From Lama guanicoe (Eukaryota), in the NCBI GenBank assembly GCA_013239625.1, contig MU054391.1, positions 1,302,001 through 1,366,000 of the forward strand: DNA of 64,000 nucleotides, written 5' to 3'. Below the pieces are notes generated by a model, which had not been told where the DNA came from, did not search any database, and worked only from the letters and a program-made list of their open reading frames with translations. Both the position numbers and the translations under genes were made by a program. Each line of letters begins with the position of its first letter. Position 1 is the first letter of the stretch. This document shows, one piece after another, positions 23,983-35,820 of this stretch.

Positions 23983-26900
23983 GAGAACAAAGACAGAGAC
24001 TGAGAAGCAGCCTGGGCAGCCAGCCCTCTCGCCTCTCCCCTCGTGACCCTCAGCGGCCAGCATGCGCCCTAACAGGAGAGTCCCCGCCTTTCTCCAGTTG
24101 ACAACATTCCTCTGAGGTCCAGGTGCAAACACCCCAAGACCAGCTCATTGATCCCACTGAAATGCATCAGGGACACCCCGTGCACAAGCCCAGAGGGCAC
24201 CTTCGGTCCCCACACCCACGCCTCAAGCCCGCGTTGTCTCCATTTTCCAGGTGGCCTGGGGTCGCTGTGCTTCTTCGCCCCCAGGAGCATCCTGGGAACG
24301 CGTTACAGAGATTCCAGCTCCACAGCAGGCCTTACGTCCGTCCCACCTCCGTCCAGCACGGCCTCTCTGCGCCGCCCCGAGGCTGCTTCCCCACCTGGCC
24401 GCTGGGAGGCCACCCTGAAGCAGGGATCTGTGCAGAGGCCCCTCTGCACCGCTCGTGACAGTCTTCCCGACACCCTCCCTGCGTCTCCCCCCCATCCCTC
24501 AGGGAGGTGACAGCCGCCTCCTCACAGGCAGAGCCCCAGACGCCCTCCCCTCACGGCTCTGCTCACTGCGTGGGGGAGACTCTCGCCTGGGGTGGAAATA
24601 AACCCTGCGCTGGCTTGTGCGTGCCCAGGGGGTGAGCGCTGATCCCCAAGGCCTGGGAGACCCCTGAAGGGGGTGGCAGTGCGGGGAGGGCGACCGGAGG
24701 TCTGAGGCAGCGCCGTCAGAAAGGCCACACCCCATCAGGTTGCTGGAGGGCAGGGTTCGGGGCAGAGAGGCCCCAGCTGCCCGCCTGCTCAGACCCGGGT
24801 TACGGGAGCAGAGCTCGGGGACCCCAGAAGGGAGACGGCCCCACCTGCACCCGCCAGTGGCCTGGGAGGTGGGGGCTGGCTGATCAGAGACGTCAGGGCC
24901 GATGGCCCGACCCCCCACTCACTCAGCTTCGCAGAGCCAGCCCCTGTGCCGCCTCTGGCAGGGACTGCCTGCTCAACAAGACCGCTGAAGGGGAGGAACG
25001 GGAAGGCCCCCCGCTCCCCAACAAGCCGCCCGAAACCAGCGGGGACAGCACCCCACTTACTACGCTCACAGTTGGTCCTGCAGGGCAGGCACTCGGGCCG
25101 GGCGCAGCAGGGGGCCAGCCGCTGCTCCCCAACACCCGGGGCCTCTCGTCTGCTCAGGACTCATGGCTGGGAGGGACGGGCTCGGCCGGGAGCTGCACTT
25201 TTCTGGAGGGTTCTGCTCTCACACCGGGACCCTGAGCTGGGATGACTAAAGGTGGGACTCAGCCTGCCTGTCCACTGAGTGTCCACAGATGGCCTTTCTC
25301 TGAGGCCCAGGTCCCCGCAGCATGTGGCCATGTCCGGGGGGGGCGTGTCTGAGCACCCAGACCCAGCAGAGCACCAGCTTGGGAGGTCCCTTCGCTCCCC
25401 TTCCTCTGCCAGTCAAAGCGGTGGTCCCACGCCCACCTGGTGACAGCCAGAGCTTTTAAACAGCCAGCACCAGGGAACCGCAGAGGTGGGGGCGTGGGTG
25501 CCTGGGCTGGGGCAGCCGTGACAAAGCACCCACGGTCCCTGTCCTCTGCCTCCCACAGCTCAGACAGGCAGGGAGATGCCCAGGGGCCAGACACAGGTGA
25601 AAGCAAGCCGTTCCCTCCTCCCTCGTGTAAGCTAAGCATTTCCCAGGGCTGGGCAGGCTCTTGCTGACAGCTTAGCATGTGGGATCAGAAGCAGCAATCC
25701 AGCCAGTGCCTCCCTGGCGTCCGGGGCTGAAGGGCAGGTTCTGAGCCGCACTAAATCCATCCCTCGGGGTCTCTCCCATTCCCCCGCGAAGCGGATACAA
25801 CAGTTACGACGGATTCCACCCCCGTACATGGAACTCTTCAGGACAGGAATACGGAAGTGGGTCCCACGTCCCCTGGAACCATCAGAGAGCGAACGGGATT
25901 CAGCTTGTTTTCCAGACCTAGTCCTCTGCTTGCTTTGATCAACTGTCAGCTGAAACTGCTTTATGCTTGTCTGGTCTCTAAAAGCTACACATGAAAAGAT
26001 GGACCACAAGTCAGCAGTCCGCCCTGGAAAGGCCCCGGGCCTGAGAGCAGTGAATTTGTTAAAATTCTCATCCCCCATAATCTTAAATGCAGGCTCCTTC
26101 TGAAAGACAAAAACGCAGCCTGGTCGTCTCTTTTTAGATCTGTGAGCACGTGGCTGATGCACATGCCTGCGTCTGAGAACAGGCACTCTGGGCAGCTGGT
26201 CTCCACGGCGTGCGAGCTGCCAGGGCTGGACAGGAGACAGATGTGTGCCAGGCCCTGCACAGGGTGCCTGTCAAACTGTCCACTGAGCTCAGATGCATGG
26301 AAGGACGATTTCCGCTCCGTGGCAGGGAGCCGCACGTGGCACGCCATCCTCCATCCTGTGAAAGGGACTGGAACCTTCTGGAAGGCCTGGGCACTCACCC
26401 CTGCAGCCACCCACTGCCAAGGGCTGGATTCACCCCGGTTTGCTGAAATCAACTGTGTTCCTTAACATCACCATTGAATCCATTACTGCTTGCCAAAATT
26501 ATAGCGGTCATTCTTGAAACATTAAAGTCTAAAATTATCTGCTAAATTTAGGCACAGTTCTGATGAGCATCTGATTTCTCTCTTAGAACGTTATGGGCTC
26601 TAGTTGGGGGTGAGGTGGGGGGAGGGGCAGAGAGCTGGTGATTTGCAGCCGGGAGCATCCAGGATGCACTCACAGCGCTCGGGGTGCAGTGGGAGCTCAT
26701 CCCGCTCACCTGCACCTGTCTCTGTCTGGAACAGCGCTCCATCTCAGCTTAGAACGTGCTCCAGCAGGTGAGAATCAGAGGTCAGTAGCTTGGCGACTTA
26801 ACACTTTAGACATACTGAAAAGAAGACTGGATAGTTCTGCTTGATGGGGAAGGGGAAGTGTTTTCCTGGCTTTGGGGGAGTGCCTCGGGGGCGCCTGCCT

Positions 26901-27518
26901 GGTGGTAGGGCACAGGCTCGCGTTGTCGGTGGGTCATGGCCGGCTGGCCTCTCTAGACGGGCTCTGGGTACCACCTCCCCTCCTTCCTCCCCCTCCTCCC
27001 AGGAGGGACACCAGAGGACACCCTCTGCGAACTAGTCTCTGGAGGAGATTCGTGAGGGAAGCGAGGCACAGAGACAGTGAGGAGAGACAACCCTGCAAGG
27101 CAGGGGCCGGGGGCTGGCTGGACAGAATGGCCTGGGGTGTCTTCCAGGCAGCTGAAAGCCGAGGTCCTCATGCCCCTGGCAGCAGCCTGGGTGTTGGAGG
27201 CAGCCCAGAGATGACGGGCAAAGCCTAGCATCCTGTCACCCTGCTTTAGGGAGGGAGAAGTGGGACGCAGGTCTCAGTCAGTCTGTGTACGCCGACATTC
27301 ACAAGATTCAAGTCAGCCAGCGGAGACGAGACAGGGACAAGAGTCCGACGCACCTGCCAAGGTCAGTACCCAGGCCTGCTTCGGGAGAATCTTACCAGGT
27401 GAGCGCACGTGAGAGTCTTTTCAGAAGAGGCCCCAGACGTCGGGGAGCAGAGGCTGGCAACGTCTGCTGTGCCTGCGCAGAGAACCCAGTAAGATTCTCC
27501 TAGTGGGATGGGTTGGCG

Positions 27519-27929
27519 AAGAGGCAGAGGTGGGGGAGAGGGAGGAGGAGGGGAGAGGGAGAGGAGAGGAGGGGGAGGGAGGAAGGANNNNNNNNNNNNN
27601 NNNNNNNNNNNNNNNNNNNNNNNNNNNNNNNNNNNNNNNNNNNNNNNNNNNNNNNNNNNNNNNNNNNNNNNNNNNNNNNNNNNNNNNNNNNNNNNNNNNN
27701 NNNNNNNNNNNNNNNNNNNNNNNNNNNNNNNNNNNNNNNNNNNNNNNNNNNNNNNNNNNNNNNNNNNNNNNNNNNNNNNNNNNNNNNNNNNNNNNNNNNN
27801 NNNNNNNNNNNNNNNNNNNNNNNNNNNNNNNNNNNNNNNNNNNNNNNNNNNNNNNACGGCGGACAGAGAGGAGGGAGGAGGGAGGGGAGGGAGGAGGAGG
27901 GAGAGAAGAGCAGGGGGGAGGGGGAGAGT
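27519..27929. repeat. GA-rich polypurine low-complexity tract interrupted by a 268-N assembly gap (27588-27855)
   Basis: GGA/GAG-rich purine runs are visible on both sides of the N run. Confidence 0.9.
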
Positions 27930-28199
27930 GACACACCGCCGACAGAGGCAGAGGGGCCTCCACACCATGACTGAGACGCTCTTCGAAGGCGGCGCACTGA
28001 GGAAGACCCCAGAGACGGCCCAGCGCCCAGCCACCAGGGGTGCCTGCTAGAAACAGGCTCCCAGGCTCCGCCCAAGCCCACCTTTGGGCAGGCTGCCCAG
28101 CGGGTTACGTGTGCTTCCAGGTGTGAGAAGCGCAGACCCTGGTCACACTGTGGGTCAGTGGTCGGGCCCCATGTCCGAGGCACAGGGGCGAGGGGAGGA

Positions 28200-29530
28200 C
28201 TCGCCTGCATCTCCCTGGTGACGGGGACTCCGGATGCGAGAACAATCAGGGGAGGCACTGCAGGGCTGTCCAGCAGAAAGGGAGCTGGACACTGTGTCCC
28301 TGAAGGCGAGTGACAGGGACACAGACCTGCCTATGAGGGAGGAGTTCCAACAGTCAGAGCCACAGGTGGAGGGAGCCAGCTCTGGGGGGTCAGCCTCAGG
28401 CCTCCTGCAGGCAGGGCCTCTGTGAGGGAGTGGGCGTTTCTGCCAATCACAAGGCAGGGATGGGAGGGCGTGGACACTCCAGAGGGACTGAAGGCACGCG
28501 GGCATGCCGTCCTGACTGGAGTTGCAGGGGTACATCAGACATGCCCGGACCCCGAGAGCTCAGAATGTGGAGGGGAAGTGAGGAGCCTCTCCCACTGACA
28601 GTGACAGATCCAGGGCCGTGCAGGGAAGCAGCGGCAGCCTCTGCAGCCTGCAGGGGGGAAGCAGGAGAGGACAGGACTCCAGGGTTAGGCCTGAGCCAGC
28701 CCTGCGGGAGCCCACGGGGAACAGGGGTCAGGAGGCCCGAGCCTTCTCCTGGACGGCACCAGGGCAGGTGTGCTGGGGGCCCGAAGGGGGGCAAGGGCAG
28801 GCAGAGGCCCTGCAGAGCCTGAGAAGCATCCGAAGGTCGCAGAGAGCCCAGGAAGGATTCGAAGCAGAGGAGCAGACGCGCCCTCGGGGCGTGAGAAGAG
28901 GCAGCGCGGAGAGTGGATCAGAGCCCGAGTGTCAGCGTGGAGGGGCTGCCAGGCGGGCGGGGGCAGACTTGAGGCAGAGACCTGCCCAGGGGTTTCAGAA
29001 ATGGCCAAGACCCAAGATGACGGAGGGGGAAGGGCACCCGCAGGAGGACGTGGGGCTGGGCCAGCACGCCCTCCAGAAGGACTTCCCAACTCCAGCCCAG
29101 AGGATGGGTGGAGAGGGGGCCTGCCCCAGGATGGAATGCCTGATGGGGGTCGGGGGGCAGATGTGGGATGAAGTCAAGACCAGCTCAACACCCAGTTGGC
29201 TGATTTGGAGGCCCCCCCGATGAGTCTCCCCAGCAGAGAGGTCCAGGGGAGGCTGGAAATGTGGTTCCAGAACTCTGCAAAGTCAAGGCGTAGACACAGA
29301 GCGGGGGTGTTTGCATAGGTGTGGTTGCAGGCAGGGGTGAAGCTAAGACCCCCAGACTGTGCAAAGAGGCCAAGCACGGCACCCCCGGAGCAAAGAGAAA
29401 GGGGGTGGAGAAGGGGCAGGTGGCCCAGATGAGTGTGGTAACTGGAAGCCAAGAGAACAGGTTTTCCCACAAGGACAGCGTGGACACGGGAATCTGGCAC
29501 AACAGAAGCTCCCTGCAGATCAACGGGGCA
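28200..29530 (-). mobile_element. Fragmented L2 LINE
   Basis: Purine-rich degenerate match to reverse L2 (gcagggcctctgtgagggagtgggcgttt; gaggtccaggggaggctggaaatgtggttccagaactc; gagtgtggtaactggaagccaagaga). Confidence 0.55.
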
Positions 29531-29939
29531 GCTTCTGAGGCTCCTTGAAAGCTTTGCTCCTCTTCCATCTTCCTCCCTAGAGCACCAGCACCCCCTCCCA
29601 CTTCCCCTGCAGCCCAGACGTGGGCCTGTGGGACATTGCACCCTGAGGATCGTCACTGGGGAATGATGAGTCTGTGCATCACTTCCCGCCGGGGGAGCCT
29701 GTACCAAGGCTCCCAGCCCCAGCCCGGAGCTGGCAGGCCCTCCCGCTGTGCACAGACTCCCCCGCTGTGACGGGGAATCCGGGTCTGGGGCACCGCTCCC
29801 CCAGGGGCGTGGCAGGTGGAAGAGCCCAGGGCAGATTTCTTATGTCACGGTGAGGCAGGTACACGTGCCACAGGACACCTGCAGGGACTCCAAATAGCCC
29901 AGGAGCGTTTAAATGCCACCTTGTGCTTTTTCTCTGCCA

Positions 29940-30012
29940 CACCCGGTACCCACGTGTGCACACACACAAACACACATGAACACACACGTGCTTGCGTGCT
30001 TGCGCACACGCC
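29940..30012. repeat. Imperfect (CA)n / alternating purine-pyrimidine tract
   Basis: cacgtgtgcacacacacaaacacacatgaacacacacgtgcttgcgtgcttgcgcacacg. Confidence 0.8.
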
Positions 30013-31939
30013 ACGGCTTAGTGTCCCCCAGGCATGGGGACATCCCCCCACACAGCTCCACACAGCCCTTCAGGGACAGCTTCCTGGCCGCCTGCCACCT
30101 TCCCCAGCACTGCTCCCGCACACGCTCTCCCGAGGACATGCGGCCCTCCCTGGCTCAGGCCTGCTCTCCTGTCATCTGGTCAGAGAAGCTGACAAGTTTG
30201 GGCAGGTCGCCAGCTTGGCCTCAGCTCCACTTGGAGGCTGGACTGGCAGATCAATTGGTCCTGGAGCGGGGCGAGGAGGGGGACGCAAGAGGGGGGCCTG
30301 GAGGGAAGATTTCAGATTCATTTTTCTGCTCACCGAGTGCTCCCCAAGGTTCACAGCTGCAGTCAGGGAGGCTGACAGGGCGCCAGCCTGGAGCAGGCAG
30401 ATGGTGCGGAAGGGGAGCAGGGGCGGGGGTGGGGGGGCGCTGGGACCCCTCAGCATCGGGAGGAAGCTGTGTCTCGGAGGGACGGTCTGGCTGCTGACCT
30501 TGAGGGAGCCTCCCTGCAGGCGTTCCAGCTCCTTCCAGCTCGTTCTGGTGCCCTGAGAGCCACAGGCCAGAGCCACAGCCAGACTGGGAGGCACTGACCT
30601 CCCGTCCTTGTCGCTGCTTGAGAGCAGACTAGTCACAGCCAGGAAGGCTGGGGCAGGCTCAGCAGACCCTCCTTGACCACCAGCCCTTGGCCAGTTGCTG
30701 GCTGGTGCCAGTGTGACCAGTTATCACCAGAGCAGGGCCTTGGACAGAGGAGACAGCCCTTCAGAACACCTCTTCCTCCCAGGCCTGCTGGGAGGGCGCA
30801 CCGGGCCCCCAGTGGGGAGGACTCGGCTGCAGACAGGTCAGCGGGGCTCCCGCGTGCTCTTGCGGGTGGTGACCTGCACGCAGCTGTCGCTCTGTGGAGC
30901 AGGCTCAGCCGTACCGTGTTCATCCTGCTGTTGTTTCAGTAAGTCCCAAGACAAGAACAAACTTCTGCAGGAACTGCTGTATCCAGACACCAGAACGCGG
31001 GGATGTCACGTGGCGTCACCAGCTGTGACTGCTGGGCTGAGAGCCTGGCTGGTCCTGCAGGCCCTGGGGACCCCGGGCGGGGGCGCACTATTCCAGGACA
31101 GATTTGGGGGCGCCCTGCAGAAGGGGGCCTTCGGGGGCATCTGCTGGGGTGAGAACAGCCTGGTCCCATGTCCTGCCTTTCTGTCAGGGCTGGGCCGCGT
31201 CCCCGGCGCCCGCGGCACCTGCAGCCGCCTCCACTCGACGACCGAGCCAGGCCCGAGCAGACGGCCGCCAGCTTCAAGACTTGGACACTTGCCTCTGTTT
31301 TCAGCCGTTTGCTTTTTAGGTCACAAACTGCAACCGGCAGCCAGGAGCGTCCAGGGTGAGTGGGGAATCTAGGCGGGGCCTCAAGACAGACACTCCACAA
31401 ACGAGAGTGAAAAACACAAAGTGATACAAAAATCCCGTGTGTGCGCACGTGTGGGCACACGTGCTGGTGCAAAGGCAGCCGAAAAGCGACCCTCCTGTCT
31501 TCCCTGATGAGGTGACAGGATAGAGACGAGGCCCAAGAGTCCCCAGAGCAGCAGCTCCTGACTTCAAGGACAGACGGACGCCTCAGAGGGGGTCGCCCGC
31601 GGGGAGAGGAGGGTCTGCGTCCGTACATCCACCAGCTGAGTCCTGTTCTCTGTCTTGGTTCCCGGCCAGTGTTGCCCGCTCTGAAGCCCAGGCCGAGCTG
31701 TTCCGGGCAGGACCTCCGGGGGAGGAAAGGCCTGCACCCCGCTGGTGGTTTCTGCTCCTGCAGCCACGAGCTGCAGCCTGGTGAGGGAAGGCCGGCCACC
31801 CGCGGGGCCTGCGGGGCCACGTGCAGATCTGGGGGCAGGGCTGCATCCACCAGGAGGAGCCTCAAGTTTGCTTGAGCAAAACCCCTTGAGAAGGGTGGGA
31901 GAAGGCCCAGGGCCCCTGGAGGAGCCGCACTGCCACCAG

Positions 31940-32126
31940 CCCAGGGCGCCCGGGGCCACCAGGCACTGAAAGAGGCAGGAGGACCTTCCCCGGAGAGGAG
32001 AGCAGAAAGCACGACCCTGGAGAAACCTAGAACTCGGGCCCTAGGACTGTGAGAAAGTACGTTTCTGCTTCTCTCAGCTGCTCATCAGTGATGCTGTGAT
32101 GTCTCAGCTCCAGGAAGCTCATCCAG
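31940..32126 (+). mobile_element. MLT1-family LTR 3' fragment
   Basis: aagaggcaggaggaccttcccc...aggactgtgagaaagtacgtttctgc...caggaagctcatccag. Confidence 0.65.
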
Positions 32127-35100
32127 GTAGAAATGGAAGTGGGTGCTGGAGGTGGAGACACCCTGGAAAGAGAGAGGGGGACCTGCCCTACCAGCCCCGT
32201 GGGAGGCCATCCGTCCCAGGGACACTGGATGTGCTGAATGTACCCCTTTGACGGAGATGAGGTAACACCCGGGGTGCATCCGAGGGCGGCAGGGACGAAG
32301 GAACCACAGTCTCCACCGCCCGCTCCATCCCACGAGCACCAGGCATCACTGAGTGGTTCCTCCCTCCCCCCGGCCCCTTCCGTGGGTGCCATCCACTTGT
32401 GACCCAAGGGGGCACTTCTGGAATGGCCCTCAGTCCCCTTCCCACCATCTCATCAGACAGACGGACAGATGGGCATACCCTGCCCCTCTGGACATCAGTG
32501 TCCCCAACTCACTGTAAGGCTTCAAAATGTGTGAATCTGCTTCCTAAGTTATAAAGTTATCATTGCTAAGTATTTACCAAAGACACAGTATCCCACTGAC
32601 TTCCTTGCAGCTCACGGCAGCGTGGGAATCGGGCAGTTTCGCTGCAGGGAGGAGGCAGGTGAATGGACGCCCGGCCCCATCAGTCAAGGTCATGCCTGAA
32701 GCCCCGGGCAGAGGCGGGCGCGCCAGGACCTCACGCCCCGAAGACTTGTCCAGGGAATCAAGCACTCAGGGAGGCGCGTTCTGGAAACGCAAGCATCTTT
32801 AGAAACTTCAGGGACCACCAAGCCCAGCCCTTCCACCCTCGGGGAGGGAGCCTCCACGGGGAGCGGTTCGTCCGCCCTCACCCACCAGCGAGCCCAGCAG
32901 GTGCGCGGCGCACGCACCGCGAGGGCAGGTGCACGCCACACACAGCGCGAGGGCAGCTGCTGGTGTGGACATGCCCCCGGCTCCCAGACACACAAGAGCT
33001 CGTCCTCAGCATCGTGCGCACACCAAGGCGACCTCCACAGGCTTTGCCCACGGACCACGAGCCAGGGGTCTCCACAAGCCCCTGTCCTGGGTGCAACCAC
33101 ATTCCCACTCCTGGTCCAAAGCTCTCACCAGGTGGCAAACCTTTCCCCTGGGCAGTCAGAGCCCCAGCCTCAGGCCTGCCCGGGAGACACCGCACTTCCT
33201 CTGAGACGACAGGCGAGACAGAGCGTCAATCCTCCCCCAGCGAGCGGGCAGAGAGAAGCAGGTGGTCAGGGTGGCAGAGGCGGGATGGGGAGGAGACTGG
33301 GTGGGCACAGGGTCCCTGGACGGACGCCAGAGCAATCCTCCTGGGCTCTGGAGCAGTTCGGGTCTTGCTCGGCTGCAAGGAAAGCTTTGTGTTTTCAGTG
33401 GCTCTAGACTGAGCCTCCTCGGAGGGCAGAGAAGCTCGTCGGCCATCGGCTCCCTCTGTCCTGCCGACCACCACAGCTGTCCTGGGCAGGGTGGCCACAG
33501 AGATGGCTCCAGGGTCAGCCAGATCCGAACCCTCCCTCCTCTGTGCGAACATCCCTCAGGCCACACACAGGGCAGCACAGACGCTTTGTCCTGGGACAGC
33601 TGAGTCAACATCAAATGGACGTGTCTTATGTTTAGAGGGTGTGGTTAGGTCCGTCCACACGAGCAGCCACGGCACTGCCACGTGCACCAGGGGAGGCCAC
33701 AGCCCTGCCACGTCTGTCTGCCCGCATCTGTCCACCATTTCCCTCTACGGATGTGCAGCATGGCCTCCATGCACAGGGTCAGTGCCCCAGGACACCCTCG
33801 ATGCTCCCTCTCCCTCCCTGTCTCTGTCTCCGTCTGTCTGTCTGTCTCCCTCACAAACATGTGCACTCACACAAGCGTTTAACCTTGTGGATTAAATCTG
33901 AGTCCCACGTGATCACCACACGTGCTTCAGCAGAGCGAAGGAGAACTCACCTGTCTTTTCAAAACTTTGATCCACTTCCCTTACTTTGAGTGAGTCCCTA
34001 GTAACCCCCGCAGAGAGCGTTCCTCTTCTTTATCTGTCTCCCCTTTCCCTCTCCAGGCAGCGAGATTCAAAGCGAAGAGCCCCAGCGTGAGGAAGCAGCC
34101 AGCAGGGGGTCTGGGGGCCACCCTGCCCCCCGCAGCTCACTTCAGGGCCAGCTCTCCTGGCCGAGTCTAGGGGACGCCTTCCCTGCCCGGAACCTTCCTT
34201 GTCAGCTGGGTGTGGCGTGGCACGCTCCTGGTGGCCTGGTCCCGGGGGTCTGCGTGGCTTCTTCTCAGGCTCCCAAGTGAATCAGGACCTGGAGTCCATC
34301 CTGACGGGTTCTCAGCTCCCGCCTGGAATCCTGGCTGCAGTGGGATCCAGGAGCCACGCCCGCAGAGCCACCCTCCACCAGCGGGGAGGCTGGACTGGTC
34401 CCAAGTGAAGAGGACAGCTCATCGCCACCCTCCTGCAGGCGTTTCAAGCACTGGGACAGGCACACTGGGGTTTCTGCCTCCGGCCCCTACCGGCGCCTCT
34501 GATCCCCGGGCGGCATCTCCACTCCCCCCACCCCCCGGAGGGCGGGCCGAAGCCCTGCCACCCTGCTTCCGCTGTCACAGCCTCGCTGCTCCTGGGGCTT
34601 CCGTCCACCCGGGTTTGCCCGTCACGGACGCGAGGCTTCTGCAGAGGCCTCTTCCGGGGACACTCAGCCCCGGGACGCCATCCAAGTCGGCGGCTCCGCT
34701 GCAGAGCTGCTGGGACGGGAGGCAGCAGCCCAGGCGGGCCTGCGGAGCCAAGATAAAGCTGCGACACATGCCATCCTGCCAGAGGGAGGGTGGCCGGGCT
34801 CCCACAGGTGAGCGGCACGGGGGAGACGGCAGCCAGGGACCCTGCCAAAGGCGGAGGACCTGGCAAGGGGCACCGATGTCAGGCATCCTCCAGAGTCTCC
34901 TCCTCCAGTCCCATCCGGGGGACCCACAGCCTCGGCTTGCAGGAAGTCATCCGGGCAGCTGGGCCCTGAGGGGCGCAGGCACCGAGCAGAGGCCGGGGTG
35001 GAAGGTCCTGTCCAAGAAGGGTCCACAGTGTGTTTGGGGGGTAGGTCAGAGCCAGGGCGAGAGCCAGGGGTCCGCCTGATCTGTGCGCTGTGTGTGTGCC

Positions 35101-35735
35101 AGCTCCCAGTCCCTCGGCGGTCTGACCTGCTCTGTCTCCGTGAGCCACAGGAATGCCACTCCAGGGCCGACACTGGACCCTGCACGGACTTGGTCCTAGT
35201 CACCTGACCTGTCCATGGCCCCCACCACACACACACCCCCAACACACAGGCCCGGCCCCCCTTTCCTCCTCCCTCTTGGCTGACCCGTGCCCACTGGCCC
35301 ACCTGGGTCCAGACAGTGGGTGAGTCAGAGGTCACCAGTGGCTCGACAGCCCTCTCCCTCAGGGGCCACTCCAGCCCAGCCTGGGACCAAAGGCACAGGT
35401 CCCAGCAAATGCTAGGCTCCGGGGCTGCCTGCTCTCCAGGTGTGACGCTGCCCTCAGGCACGACCCGCAGCCCAGAACCTGCCGTCCCAGGACAGCGCAC
35501 GCTGCCACACCCCTCAGGTGGTCACTTTGTGACCCCTACTGCTTGCTGCGAGAACCCTAAGCAAGGCAAAGCCCCTCCTCACCCCCTTTCTTTGTTCACT
35601 GTTTGCACACAGGACCCTGGACGGATGAGAGGGGGCTCCCAACGCCCCAAGGCCGGCCGGGCACGGGGCTGCCCCATGTCCCGTGCGACTTCAGGGACCG
35701 GCGAGTGCAGGGAAGCGGGCTGCCCTCAGGCTGAG

Positions 35736-35820
35736 GCTGTGTGTGCACGTGCACATATGTTGTGTGTACATGTGAGTGTACGTGTGCACATTCATACGTG
35801 CACGTGAGCATGTGTGTGTG
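35736..35820. repeat. Imperfect TG/CA alternating purine-pyrimidine tract
   Basis: tgtgtgtgcacgtgcacatatgttgtgtgtacatgtgagtgtacgtgtgcacattcatacgtgcacgtgagcatgtgtgtgtg. Confidence 0.85.

Noticed and set aside
23227-24132. 301-aa minus-strand ORF
   Set aside because: It reads through the antisense strand of an MLT1C LTR; a chance ORF.
27250-27398. Possible + strand exon (ctgctttag...CAG|gtgagc)
   Set aside because: All three frames are open, so there is no frame evidence, and no partner exons or known peptide were found.
27363-28258. ORFs spanning the N gap
   Set aside because: Artefacts of translating Ns and GA repeats.
30940-31010. Protein-like KSQDKNKLLQELLYPDTR after an acceptor-like tgttgtttcag
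   Set aside because: No convincing donor or neighbouring exons; not identifiable.
30936-32012. Longest ORF (358 aa, minus strand)
   Set aside because: Non-ATG start, Pro/Arg/Gly/Ala-rich composition typical of GC-rich DNA, overlap with an MLT1 fragment and no recognisable domain.
34210-35500. Overlapping 289-aa (+) and 278-aa (-) ORFs
   Set aside because: Several frames are open on both strands because stops are scarce at high GC; no motifs or exon signals.
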